A stretch of DNA of 63,997 nucleotides, filler included, from Octopus bimaculoides (lineage: Eukaryota): NCBI RefSeq assembly GCF_001194135.2. It is 4 parts of 4 records of this genome, joined end to end, with 100 filler letters (N's around TTAATTAATTAA, not from the genome) between each part and the next. Parts side by side here need not be neighbours in the genome. Positions count along the whole stretch, not along the records: positions 1 to 23,559 come from NC_068984.1; 3 more parts are not named here. One strand, given 5' to 3'. Positions 1 through 13,432 of this stretch are shown here, piece after piece. How positions within the stretch are numbered: the first letter of the stretch is position 1; each line of letters opens with the position of its first letter. A model generated the notes under the pieces. That model did no database searches. It saw only the letters and a list, made by a program, of their open reading frames with translations, and was not told the origin of the DNA. Both the position numbers and the translations under genes were made by a program.

Positions 1-24
1 TATATATATATATATGTATGTATG

Positions 25-186
25 TATACGACAGGCGTCTTTCAGTTTCCCTCTACTAAATCCACTCACAAGGCTTTTGTCATCCCGAAGCAATAGTAGA
101 AGACACTTGCCCAAGGTGCCACGCAGTGGAACTCAACCTGGAACCATGTGGTTGGAAAGCAAGCTTCTTACCACATAGCCACGCCT
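25..186 (-). mobile_element. tRNA-derived CORE-type SINE head (octopus OR1/OR2-like; family A)
   Basis: Reverse complement reads ggcgtggctatgtggtaagaagcttgctttccaaccacatggttccaggttgagttccactgcgtggcaccttgggcaagtgtcttc. Near-identical heads recur at 8.8, 50.0, 50.5, 54.7, 56.3 and 58.7 kb. Confidence 0.8.
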
Positions 187-519
187 ATATATATATATAT
201 CGTGTGTGTGCTTTAGTGATGCGCAAGGATCTACAGATATATTATTTAGCACCTAGCTACGCATTGAACGCACGAGAATGGGTTGGACTCTATGCCATGG
301 AAAAGGCAACTAACCCAGGAAGTAGAGAACTATAATAGAAAAGCCTGAGATATGTTCTTCATTGAGTTTCTGGCAAACATGTGCATCATGATTTTGCTAT
401 CAGCAATAAAAGCAAATCATCTGTGTGGGTAGGTTAATATCTCTAACATTGGCTGTTAGACACTCATACATCGAAGCCGACAAGAGAGAATCCATTATAA
501 ACATTATCATAGAAAAATA

Positions 520-582
520 TACAGACAGATAGAAAGACAGACAGACAGTTAGCTAGCTAGGTAGCAAGACAGACAGACAAAC

Positions 583-645
<63 letters not shown>

Positions 646-658
646 CAGATAGATAGAT
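520..658. repeat. (TAGA)n/(CAGA)n microsatellite (similar tracts at ~7154-7226, 9866-9950, 51260-51410, 57700-57810)
   Basis: Tetranucleotide repeats visible directly. Confidence 0.95.
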
Positions 659-1222
659 GTTCACGCATACGTATATAAACGAACATGATTTTACATTTCA
701 AGCACTATTATATCCCTATCGATTTTATAGCTTAACTTCAGTTATGCGACAAACGTTTTGAATGAAAACAAAACAAGAAACTAAAGAAGAAATAAAGCAT
801 TTATTTAACACAACGTAAAACAATAACAAGCAAACAGTCCATCTACGAAGGACGATAGCTATCGCTTGTTACTAACAGATTTACTTGTCGATGACGGCGC
901 AGGCATGATAAACTATTTTCTAGGTTATCTACAGCTTCAGTTGATTACATAAATCTAATGAACTCCTTACAAGGTTATCTTCCTAAGATTAAATGATTTA
1001 TTTTGAGAGAAAAATTACCTCTTTTACTCTGAATATTTGGACGGTATGTTTTTTTGTATTTTTACCTCCGTCTAAGAACCATTTATTATTTGCTTATATT
1101 ATGTGCCAATATACATAACTGTTTTCTTAAATACTGAATGAATATGAATTTTGGTGATGACATTTGAGGGATTACCTACATCAGGTATACATACATTTAT
1201 TCTGTGCCAAAATTTGAAACCT

Positions 1223-1225
<3 letters not shown>

Positions 1226-1263
<38 letters not shown>

Positions 1264-1286
1264 GTTCAGTAGTTTTATTATCATTA

Positions 1287-1365
<79 letters not shown>

Positions 1366-1380
1366 CATTTTCATTATTAT
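1226..1380. repeat. (ATT)n microsatellite (also ~1815-1858, 2185-2255, 3317-3392, 19271-19365, 19795-19910, 53875-53955)
   Basis: Trinucleotide repeats visible directly. They are the source of the poly-I/L/Y/N ORFs. Confidence 0.95.
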
Positions 1381-1387
1381 TGTGGTA

Positions 1388-1602
1388 AAGGCGGCGAGCT
1401 CCCAGAATTGTTAGTGTGCCGTGCGAAATGCTTAGCGGTATTTCATCTGCTGCTACGTTCTGAGTTCAAATTCCGCCGAGGTCGACTTTGCCTTTCCTCC
1501 TTTCGGGGTCGATGAAATAAGTACCAGTTACGCACCGGGATCGATGTAATCAAATATCCCCCTTCCTCCAAAATTTTCATGGTCTTATGCCAAGAGTAGA
1601 AA
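1388..1602 (+). mobile_element. tRNA-derived SINE (octopus OK-like; family B)
   Basis: aaggcggcgagct head, B-box-like gagttcaaattcc, gaggtcgactttgcctttc body, (ATT)n tail. More than 10 copies in the window. Confidence 0.8.
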
Positions 1603-1622
1603 TAATAATTATTATCATAGTA

Positions 1623-1812
1623 AAGGCAGTGAGCTAGCAGAATCGGGTGAAATGCTTAGCGATATTTCGCCCATCTTTACGTTCAAATTCCACCGAGGTC
1701 GACTTTGCCTTTTATCCTTTCGGGGTCGATAAGTTAAGTATCAGTGAAACACTGGGGTGGATGTGATCGACTAGTCCCCTCCGCCCAAAATTTCAGGCCT
1801 TTATTAGAAAGG
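1623..1812 (+). mobile_element. Family B SINE, tandem second copy (degenerate third copy ~1960-2155, partial copy ~3165-3318)
   Basis: Same head and body as 1388-1602, ending in (ATT)n. Confidence 0.75.
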
Positions 1813-1857
<45 letters not shown>

Positions 1858-2183
1858 GTAGTGTATTAGTCAATTGCTTCGACCCTTGTACGTTACTGGT
1901 ACTTTATCTTTTGACCTCGTAAGGATGAAAGCCGGCAGGATTCCAACTCAGAACCTAATGAACCAAAATGTCAAGCTACATTTATTAGCTGCATTTATTC
2001 TGGCTTTTTCGGTCCTGAGTTCAAATCTCGCCGAGGTTAACTTTGACTTTCATAATTTAGGGATCAATAAAATAAGTACCAGTTTAGCACTGAGGTCTAT
2101 GTAATCCACTTATCCCCTTCTTGAGAATTGCTGACCTTGTGACAAAATTTGAAGCAATTCTTCTTCTTCTTGTTCTTCTTCTT

Positions 2184-2248
<65 letters not shown>

Positions 2249-2544
2249 CATCATTATTATGCTCTTCTTTCAATTTTATTTCCATTTCTTTCCAAATGTC
2301 TTCCCGACACCTAGAGCAAAGAACCACACTGTATACATTGGTAGGCCGTTAAAATATAAACACCAGATCGTTCATTTACAAACTCAAGTAATGGAAAGAA
2401 GGAAGAAAGAAAGAAAAAGAAAGAAAGAAAGAAAGAAAGAAAGGAACGAAAAGAAATAAAAATAAAAAAAGGAAAATGAAGAAAAAAGAAAAAAGAAAAT
2501 AAAGGGAGAAAAGGAAAGAAAATTCACAGTGATAAAGCTCTTCT

Positions 2545-3150
2545 CTATACGTGTGGCGTACCAGTTAAAACAATCTTTTGCACTTTATGCATGGATGGTA
2601 AGTCAAGAACCACCCTCAAATAATTTTCAATTCCTCTTTTGATCATTCCAATAGCTCCTACAATCACTGGTGTCGTAACCGTCTTGAGATTCCACATTAT
2701 TGTTATTTCGATCACCAAATCTTTATATTTTCTGATCTTATCAATTTCTTTTCCCGAGATATTGTGATCATCAGGTATGCTCATGTCAATCAATAAACAG
2801 ACTTAATTGTTTTTTGTCTTTCGCAACAATATTTGGTTCATTAGCTTTGATGGTCCGGTCTGTATGTGCTGGAAAGTCTCAAAGAATCGTTACATTTTCT
2901 CCCTAAGTTACAGTTTCAGAGTGGTGCCTTTACCATTTGTCAGCAGTTTTGATTTTATTTTGGCGACATATGAACAAGTGTAAATATTGGCCAACTCGGT
3001 CATTTATACTCTACCGGTGTTAAAACATTAAGCCAGAGATTAGGTAGGTCTCTGTTTCAATGTCATCCTTGCTGTATCGTCACTTTGGGTCTACTCTATT
3101 TTTCATCACATTGGCTTCGTAGTTAGAAATCAATAAGCTCTGATCTTGAT
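2545..3150 (-). mobile_element. R4/Dong-clade non-LTR retrotransposon relic (zinc knuckle and restriction-like endonuclease C-terminus)
   Basis: Broken frames give NVMKNRVDPK.., ENVTILxDFPAHTDRTIKANEPNIVAKD, then IDMSIPDDHNISGKEIDKIRKYKDL..W..KT..P.IVGAIG..VQKIVLTGT, which matches recalled R4/Dong RLE motifs. Confidence 0.8.
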
Positions 3151-3315
3151 CTTTCTCTGCCTCTCTTTACGTTCTTAGTTCAATTTCCGCCGAGGTCAAC
3201 TTTGCCTTTCATCTTTTCTACGTTGATGAAATAAGTACCAGCTACACGCTAGGGTTAATATAATGGAATAGTGCCCTCCCCACAAATCTCAGGCCGTGTG
3301 CCTTTAATAGAAAGA

Positions 3316-3389
<74 letters not shown>

Positions 3390-3969
3390 CATTGGATGAC
3401 ATCTGGGTTTTATGATTCCATTAACAATCGAATGTCGTCGGTCATCTAGCATTCCTGGAGATGGGGCCCAATTCGCTGTACAGTCCGAATCTGGCACCCT
3501 CGTACCTCCCTTTGTTCGGTTCAATGATAGACAGTGAAGAGTGAATGCAACACTGCGAATTTGAAGTATTTTAAAGAGGATTTGGGAGAGAAGTTCATGG
3601 GTAGTCCAAGTTCAACGCTTATAATAGTATCTATGTTGAGAAGTTCTTTTGTAAAGAGAGAATGCATGAGCATATTGACTGATCTATTGTAGTGAAAGCA
3701 TTATGCTTACTTTTGCATTACTTTCTTTAGCTGAAATATAATATTGGCAACTGCGAGTAAAATCACATGGCTATAGAGCAGAGCAGTACCATTAATAAGG
3801 TACAAACTCTGTTAACTTGGTTTATCGGTACCACAATATTTCTACTTGTTTATCTTTAGATTTTAGTTGAAACCATAGTAATATATTTAACCCTGGAATC
3901 AACAGAAAGCTAATTATAAGTAAGAGCCGAGAAAAATTAATATCAGCTAACGACTTATATTACTTTATG

Positions 3970-4026
3970 GAGGGCAACTTACTGATGAGATCAGACCAAG
4001 ACCGAAATATTTTTGAAGTTGCCTCT
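3970..4026 (+). ncRNA. Degenerate hammerhead-ribozyme-like motif, possibly a Penelope terminus
   Basis: ggcaactt-a-CTGATGA-gatc(agaccaa)gacc-GAAA-tat-ttttg-aagttgcc. The core is flanked by an 8-bp complementary stem I. Stem II has one mismatch. Confidence 0.4.
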
Positions 4027-5555
4027 CGGGATAGCCTAAATTTAAAAAGTAATATTAATCTCTGGCTAAGGCATAATCCACAAGATTGGAAAAAAAAAGT
4101 AAATTTGAGATACTATATAATATTTGGTGGTTATTTAATCCGGTCAACCACTGAAGAATAAAATCGACTATAGCAGTATTTAACTGAATATGTAAAGTTA
4201 CGTTATAAAAAAATACCGTAAAGGAATATTGTAGCACAATCTAATCTATCAATCTACCACTTTTGATTTAAATAACAATATATCAGCGATTTATATCAAT
4301 TTTCCTCACCGCATAATTATTTTTAGCTTACTTTTTAACGCTCCCTATATTAAATATATTAAGACAAACTTAACTAAAGATTTCCTTGCGGATGGTGTCA
4401 TTCACTTATTTATTATCTATAGATTTACATATTATTCCTCATTCTTGACAATAAAATATAAAAGCTCTACGAAGTAAGAGTGAATCGGTATATTTATATT
4501 TATGGCCGCGTTAATATTTCATATGTTAAAGTATAAGTGTGAATTCGCTATACACATAAATTAGTGAAAATAACACTTGCTATTCCTAAACGACTTTGAA
4601 ATATACTGATCACCCATTAACAAAAATTAAGAACATTAGGCATATTGCCACACAGATACCCAATATTCAATTCGGTAAACAACTAAAAGTCTTTATGAAT
4701 ACATATACACGATATAGTATTATATTGTGTTTGTACATANNNNNNNNNNNNNNNNNNNNNNNNNNNNNNNNNNNNNNNNNNNNNNNNNNNNNNNNNNNNN
4801 NNNNNNNNNNNNNNNNNNNNNNNNNNNNNNNNNNNNNNNNNNNNNNNNNNNNNNNNNNNNNNNNNNNNNNNNNNNNNNNNNNNNNNNNNNNNNNNNNNNN
4901 NNNNNNNNNNNNNNNNNNNNNNNNNNNNNNNNNNNNNNNNNNNNNNNNNNNNNNNNNNNNNNNNNNNNNNNNNNNNNNNNNNNNNNNNNNNNNNNNNNNN
5001 NNNNNNNNNNNNNNNNNNNNNNNNNNNNNNNNNNNNNNNNNNNNNNNNNNNNNNNNNNNNNNNNNNNNNNNNNNNNNNNNNNNNNNNNNNNNNNNNNNNN
5101 NNNNNNNNNNNNNNNNNNNNNNNNNNNNNNNNNNNNNNNNNNNNNNNNNNNNNNNNNNNNNNNNNNNNNNNNNNNNNNNNNNNNNNNNNNNNNNNNNNNN
5201 NNNNNNNNNNNNNNNNNNNNNNNNNNNNNNNNNNNNNNNNNNNNNNNNNNNNNNNNNNNNNNNNNNNNNNNNNNNNNNNNNNNNNNNNNNNNNNNNNNNN
5301 NNNNNNNNNNNNNNNNNNNNNNNNNNNNNNNNNNNNNNNNNNNNNNNNNNNNNNNNNNNNNNNNNNNNNNNNNNNNNNNNNNNNNNNNNNNNNNNNNNNN
5401 NNNNNNNNNNNNNNNNNNNNNNNNNNNNNNNNNNNNNNNNNNNNNNNNNNNNNNNNNNNNNNNNNNNNNNNNNNNNNNNNNNNNNNNNNNNNNNNNNNNN
5501 NNNNNNNNNNNNNNNNNNNNNNNNNNNNNNNNNNNNNNNNNNNNNNNNNNNNNNN

Positions 5556-5593
<38 letters not shown>

Positions 5594-5952
5594 CATACAT
5601 ATATACATATATACATATAAACACATACATATATATATACATAAACACGCAACATACGCAATACACACACTCATACATACAAATACGTCAAATTGTATAT
5701 GTATGCACGTGTGTACGTTTGTGTGTGTGTGAGTGTTTTTGAGCTGTATATCCGTATACTTTTGAGTCTCCTGTTATATAGACGCGAACCTAACCATGTA
5801 GGTAAGGAAATTATGATGTAAATCTGTTTTTAGCAATATGTCATAAACTGACTATTTTGAGAAAGTGTAAAGATGTGTGTAAATATACGTAATATATTGG
5901 TTGAATGTATACGCACACGGGCACACTCACACACATGCACGCACGCACACGC

Positions 5953-6002
<50 letters not shown>

Positions 6003-7152
6003 GGATTGGTAGTATTGTTCTTGTTAATGATGTTACTACTAGCTTAAGTTATATGATGCTACGGATTTTAATGGTAATGACGCGAAGATTAGTACAACGG
6101 TAATTATTATCATCATCATAAGCAGCAGCATTAATATTTTTACAATCCGTATGTTTGTTCTTATTACTTTTATTTTTATTCTTATTCCTTGCTTCTAGGA
6201 ATGTGAACTTTACGGATTTTTGCTTTCCTGCATTCATTCGAAAAGTTTCCAGTATTTTATATGCCTTATTTTGATAGGTTCCTATTTTTAACAGTATATT
6301 CTGTCTTTGAGAACAAATATGATTAATTCTTCAAAAATCTATACAAGACATTTCCTAGTAACTATTATCAGTTTTATAGCTAAGATGAAATGAAATTTGG
6401 CTATGATATGAAATATCGCATCTCACCTGATGGTAACATTTACTGCCTATCAATATCTTTGAAATGAGTTCTTCAAAAGCGCTTACAGAAGGAAGTTTTT
6501 CATTTGTACAACAACATGTGATATTTGCTTTTCAACACAAGGAACATAACCCAGAGGCCTGAAATGACATTGGAGAGAATTAAGTACTTCTTAATGCCTT
6601 TTACAATAGCATTTTCTAAAAGTCTACAGTGAATTATTAATTTTCGACTATACACGCAGATACATATAGCAATACATACAAACACATAGTTGCTTGTATA
6701 TATGCTTACACAGATAGAAAGACAGAAGTGCACACAAATATGTGAACGTATACATGTGTGCGTCGACATAACTCTTACATGTACATTTAACACATAACTC
6801 AGAATGTTATATCTAATATACTTGTTTATATAAATACATACACACACACCCATATGCATATATCCATATATGCATAAATGCATACAAATATACATATATA
6901 TNNNNNNNNNNNNNNNNNNNNNNNNNNNNNNNNNNNNNNNNNNNNNNNNNNNNNNNNNNNNNNNNNNNNNNNNNNNNNNNNNNNNNNNNNNNNNNNNNNN
7001 NNNNNNNNNNNNNNNNNNNNNNNNNNNNNNNNNNNNNNNNNNNNNTGTATGTGTGCATACATATATACATATATATGTATATGTGGATATACATATATGT
7101 GTGTGTGTATGCATGTGTTAGTGATTGTGTGTATATAAAGGGAAAACTGAAC

Positions 7153-7225
<73 letters not shown>

Positions 7226-8730
7226 TTGGTGCGCACAAACATTTAAGACCTAAGACTAATTGGATTGTCGATTGCTTTCCCTTTGAGACACTCGTTTGGC
7301 CACATATATGATGATGAAACTTGTATCCAAATTACACTTAAAACGTAATGTTTTCAACAAAGAAAATCTCTCATATTGGGGATACTTTCAAAAGCATTTA
7401 AAACAATGTCCAAAATCACCATGACGCTACTGGCTAATGGATATTTTTCACTGTCTTCTTTGTCGAAATCGGAATTATATCGACATATAAATTACAGCTT
7501 TATTGATTCCCATGTGAAACTATATAGCAATGCATGTGAAGCACTCTATAAGGGAATCGAAACCATTTATATATGTGTTTCACTAAGATATTCTAGGATT
7601 TTTATGCAACCATAAGAGCTACGTTTGTCAAGACACAATTGTATTTTTAGCGACAGGTCTGAGCGAGTGATGGCCAAAGAGTAAATTTAGGTATCGGCGA
7701 TGAGAATAAATGCGAAAGGCTGGCAAGTCTCCAGTTACCTAACGTTGCTAGAGAGCATCGTATGTTCAACACAAATTTACAGTCAATGAAGTACCAGCAA
7801 CCGAACCTGTCCGAAATGTACCTTTGGCGACGAAACATTCATGCTCACATTAGTTCAGAGACTGTAGGTTCCTGAGTTTGAAGTTTAAACTATCACGTGC
7901 AGAGAAGGGCCATTGTATTGAATTGGCCTTTTTCTCTCTCTCTTTTATCACATCCATCTCTCTATCTGTCTGACTATCAGTCTATCTATCTATCTCTCTA
8001 TCTGCCTATCTATCTATCTATCTATTTGCTTATACATCTTCCATTGTCTCCAAAGCCTCACCCAAAAAAACAAAAAAGACAAAACAATGTTCTGTTATAA
8101 ACAAAACCCCCAAAAACACCTGTTTTTATATAAATAAGCTAGATCTCTGTATTTTCACAGTTATACTTGACAAGTTCGAAAGACGAACGAAAGCACTAAT
8201 ATATGTATAAAATAAATGAAAGAAGTTATNNNNNNNNNNNNNNNNNNNNNNNNNNNNNNNNNNNNNNNNNNNNNNNNNNNNNNNNNNNNNNNNNNNNNNN
8301 NNNNNNNNNNNNNNNNNNNNNNNNNNNNNNNNNNNNNNNNNNNNNNNNNNNNNNNNNNNNNNNNNNNNNNNNNNNNNNNNNNNNNNNNNNNNNNNNNNNN
8401 NNNNNNNNNNNNNNNNNNNNNNNNNNNNNNNNNNNNNNNNNNNNNNNNNNNNNNNNNNNNNNNNNNNNNNNNNNNNNNNNNNNNNNNNNNNNNNNNNNNN
8501 NNNNNNNNNNNNNNNNNNNNNNNNNNNNNNNNNNNNNNNNNNNNNNNNNNNNNNNNNNNNNNNNNNNNNNNNNNNNNNNNNNNNNNNNNNNNNNNNNNNN
8601 NNNNNNNNNNNNNNNNNNNNNNNNNNNNNNNNNNNNNNNNNNNNNNNNATACATATATATATACATATATCTATACATATATATATGTATATGTATATAT
8701 GGGAGAATATACAAATAATAACAACAGACG

Positions 8731-8766
<36 letters not shown>

Positions 8767-8771
8767 CATAC

Positions 8772-8829
<58 letters not shown>

Positions 8830-8837
8830 ATGTATAG

Positions 8838-9132
8838 TTGGAGTGGCTGTGTGGTGAGCAGCTTGCTTACTAACTACATGGTTCCGGGTTCAGTCCCACT
8901 GCGTGGCAGCTTGGGCAAGTGTCATCAACTATAGCCTCGGGCCGACCAAACCCTTGTATATATGTGTGTGTGTGTATTTGTTTGTCTGTGTTTGTCCCCC
9001 CATAACATCGCTTGAGAACCTATGCTTGTGTGCTTACGTCCTCGTAACTTAGCGGTTCGGCAAAGTGACGGATTGAATAAGTACTAGGATTACAAAGAAT
9101 AAGTCGTGGGGTCGATTTGCTCGATTAAAAAA
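8838..9132 (+). mobile_element. Family A SINE with OR2-like tail
   Basis: Head, then (TG)n, then gtccccc..aacttagcggttcggcaaa..ggggtcgatttgctcga tail. Confidence 0.8.
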
Positions 9133-9862
9133 GCTATGAATAAACATATACTGTATCTGTACACATATAGCAACTTTAATTTTTATAGACTTTTGATCTA
9201 GGTGTCTTATGCTAAAATTTCCCCTGCTCCATTATAAACTGGTCTGCTAGTAGTGAACCACCCCCCCAACCTATAGTAGTTTACCACTAAACCCAAAGAA
9301 TCTTTATAACCATATCATCCATGTATATTGCTTACCCCTTTCCCTTTCCTTATAAGAAAAAGCTGGTGCCCTCTTAAGCTTTGAATCACTAGGTCTGATA
9401 AGATGAAAAACAAACAAAAAAACAAATAAAATTAATGACAGTTAGAAATCTGCTTAGAATTAATTACTAGCCTGTATGGTCTGGCTAAGTCAAAATGTTT
9501 TTTTTGTATTCTTCCTTTCTACTTGGGGAGTTTAAATGTAGTTACAAAAATATATCCTTCTGTTGGAATGAAATTTCAGTAAATTTCTATATCTTTGTGT
9601 AACTGAGGATTGCTCTGCATTTTGCATTTAATGTCATGTTTACATTGCTTAAATAAATGGAGTCGCATGAAACGATCGTACTGCATTAACTTTGGATATC
9701 CCTCTTGCTTATTTTGATTTTAATCACCTTATTTGGGAATTGTATGGATAATACCATACTTAATTCTGATGCCTAAACTTTAGTACCATATTCACTTTGA
9801 ATCTAAACTTTTTTACGAAACTCACCTACCAAACCGGAGTATATATATATATATATATATAT

Positions 9863-9950
<88 letters not shown>

Positions 9951-10801
9951 AGCTATGGATACATACATATATACACACACGCACAAACACAAACACGCAC
10001 GCGTAGAATCGGTGATGTGTACTAAACGAATGAGTAGTTACGTCTCCAGAGATAAGTTGGCACACGGAGGTGTACAATTATACACATACAAACCCATTCT
10101 CACTCGCACAAATACATACACATATCATATAGACGCATACGCATTCTCAAACATACACTCTTTGTGTGTGTGTGCGTGTGTGTGGGGGGTTGTATATGTA
10201 TGTCTCTGTGTGTATCTGTGTCATATGTATGTCGTGTATATGTCTTCAGTATTTGGAGACAAAATTTGTCGACAGACGATATAGAGCAGATGTCAAAAAT
10301 TAAATTCGTTTTTTAATGGTTCCTTTGTTGTATGTTGAGTCAGGGTGGTGTATCTTATGATAAGTGCAGTTAGACATTTTTAAGAACAGGTGGGATATTT
10401 TTTGTTCGTAGCGTATAGATTGAAGATAAGTGGTTGAATATAAGAATGAAACCAGATGTTGCTATTATACGAAGATACTACATGACTTTAAGGCATGAAG
10501 AATAACGAATTTCATAAAGAGAATTAAATGCTTACGACAGATAATTGAACAGGCATTTGAATAGAAAGACAACTAAGAAGAAAGTTTTGGGAAAAATACT
10601 TGGAAAGTTTTGAAAGCATTATTTATGTGCGACTATATATGCATACATGTATATATATATATGTGTGTGAGTATGTGTGCGTGCGTGTGTGTGTATGTGT
10701 GTGAGTATGTGTGTGTGCGTGAATGTGTGTGTACATATATACATATATATATGCATACATACATATACACATGTGTATATACATATACATATATATGTGA
10801 G

Positions 10802-10843
<42 letters not shown>

Positions 10844-11326
10844 CATACACACACATACATATATATAGAGAGAGGGAGAAACAGAAACATTAAGAAATAT
10901 CTTATAATTAAATAATATAATAAATATATGCAAAAGAATTTAAATGATATAAAATAGAATCCGGCAACTTTGAAGAAAGATGAAATGGATATGAATAAGA
11001 TTTTTGTGTATTTTTTAAACACTAGGTTTGAAGATGTAATTGAAGAAAAGAAGAAGGAAATGAACAACAACAACGATACAAAGAAAAACATCAATGTGTT
11101 GAAAAATGAAAAACGGTGTTAAAAGTATGTTGCCAAAAGTTAGTTCATGGTGAAGACAAAAAAGCTAGTCTGAGGCAAATATTTTCAGAAAAGAAAAAGA
11201 CAAATAAGCTACAGATTTAAAGTAATATAAAAAATAAAATAAAAGTAGGATAAAATGAATGAAATGTCCTACAATAAAGGTGACTCACAGAAAATGATAA
11301 AAAATTATTATATATGTATAGGCAGG

Positions 11327-11371
<45 letters not shown>

Positions 11372-11381
11372 NNNNNNNNNN

Positions 11382-11425
<44 letters not shown>

Positions 11426-12013
11426 GACGCACACAGAAACACATGCACATACGCGAGTGTGTGTGTGGGAGGTGCGTACATGTGTGTGCGTGCGTGCGTA
11501 CGAATCTGTGACTGTTCAAGCAAGTGCAAAACGTTTCTGTTTGTGCGCTTAGAGGAAGATATGCGTGCGTTTGTTCTGAAAACATAATTGAATATACTTT
11601 TCTCTTTTTCAAAGCTTTATAGAAAACAGCAGCTTTTCGATATTTGCCTTCAAAATTTGAAGACACCTTTCTTCTCGGTTAAATAGAAATAAAAGAAGAA
11701 GAGAAGACAAAAAGGAAAGCGAGTCACACATACATACGTATTGAAATAGAGACATAGCTTACATTTCTAAATGCTTACAAATAAATACTTATATCAGCAA
11801 AAAATTGTGTGTGGGGCATATGCGCCGCTAGAAAGATCAAACCAAAAACTTTGAGAAAAAGAGTACCCTCTCTTGGACATGTAATAGATGCAGACAGCCC
11901 ACTAAGAAGGATATTTCTTAGGTTTTCAGAAACAGGAGTTAGTTGCTGAATACCTCCGCAATAAAAAACAGAAATTTATTCTCCTCATTGTAATGATAAG
12001 CGTAGATCAGTTA

Positions 12014-12333
12014 AGGCGCATGGCTTAGTGGTTAGGGAATCTGGCTTACGACCACAACGTCATGGGTTCGATCCCCGGTGGCACATTGTGTACTTGAACA
12101 AAACACTTTATTCCACGTTGGTCCAATCCACTCAGCTTATAAAAATGAGTAGCAAATGTAGTTAAAATGGCCAGCCTTAACACATTCTGTGTCACGCTAC
12201 ATCTCCTTGAGAACTACGGTAAAAGTACGCGTGTCTGTGAAATGCTCAGCTACTTGCACGTTAATTTTATAAGCAGTTTGTTCCGTTTACCAGATGAACT
12301 GGGATCCCCGTCATCGTAACTGACGGAGTGCCA
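12014..12333 (+). mobile_element. tRNA-derived SINE family D, tail type 1 (tail-only copies ~36320-36500 and ~41610-41720)
   Basis: A box (tggcttagtggtt) and B box (gggttcgatccc). The gtgtcacgct..cagctacttgcacgttaattt..gacggagtgcc tail recurs elsewhere. Confidence 0.75.
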
Positions 12334-13432
12334 GCTTAGAAATGTAGATTGCGACATACTAGTGTAGAAGATCATTGACATCATTATAAATGTCTATAAG
12401 GTGTTAACTTCCACTAGATATTATTTCCAAAACTATTTAAAAGATCAATCTGCAGTAATGATTGACCTGTCGATCACAAAACAAAGCTACTCAAGAACAA
12501 TGGCCTTGGGCTGGCCAATGCTTTGCTGGTACAATTTGGTAGATTAAAGCGGTGCAGAAACCCTTAATTTGTGTGTGAGGAGGAAGAATGCGTATGTGTG
12601 TCTGTTCACCCGTTGAACCTATAAAATTTCACATAAAAGACCAAAAGTCTTTTCGTGATCCTGCGGCTATTATATATGTGTCTCAGTGTGTGTGTCTGTA
12701 TGTGTCTGTGTGTGCGTGTGTATTGCAGTCTCTTTTTAAAAATTACACAACATTGAAAATCAGCGAATAGTATTGCACCGATTTGAGAGATTCTTAGTAA
12801 ATAGAACGCAGCATATTGGAAGTGGCCTTATATATCACGAGCTTCAAAGATAATTTCTTAGCAAGTGTACTATTTTAGTGAACTAGTATAGCTAAGTAAC
12901 ACCTAAAATCAAACAATAATTATAACACCCAATAATGTGAATAATTGAAATGCATATATTCATTGTATGTTACTCGTAAATGTCTTTAGTATTCTTTATT
13001 TATAATCTTAACTGTAAATATATATACTACAATTATCTAAATTTTGATATTGCAATTAGATAACAGGCTGAATAACAATGCGTTATGAGCGATGGAAAGC
13101 ATTATCAGTTCAAAATTGCTATTCGGGCAAGATACTTAAAGCAGATACATTGGTGAAAGCCTGATACACTGCAATGATTTTCTCGAGATGGCTTCTCCTT
13201 TAGATGTGAACGTTAAAAATAATACAGAAGTATATGCGTGCAGAGTGGTGGTAGCATTGCTAATATGGGATTTATCGATTACTGTTTTACTATCAGAAGC
13301 GTCTGATTTTGCCCATAGATACTTGCTACTCACGAAGCGCAAAGAGGAAGAAACACGTATTTAGCAATGTCATCATTACGACTAGACTAATTTCATCTGC
13401 TACTGATATATTTCTGTATTTTTAACATTATA

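Noticed and set aside
12014-12085. tRNA-like sequences with A and B boxes (also 54743, 55341, 61800, 19756)
   Set aside because: They are SINE heads continuing into repeat bodies, with no complete cloverleaf.
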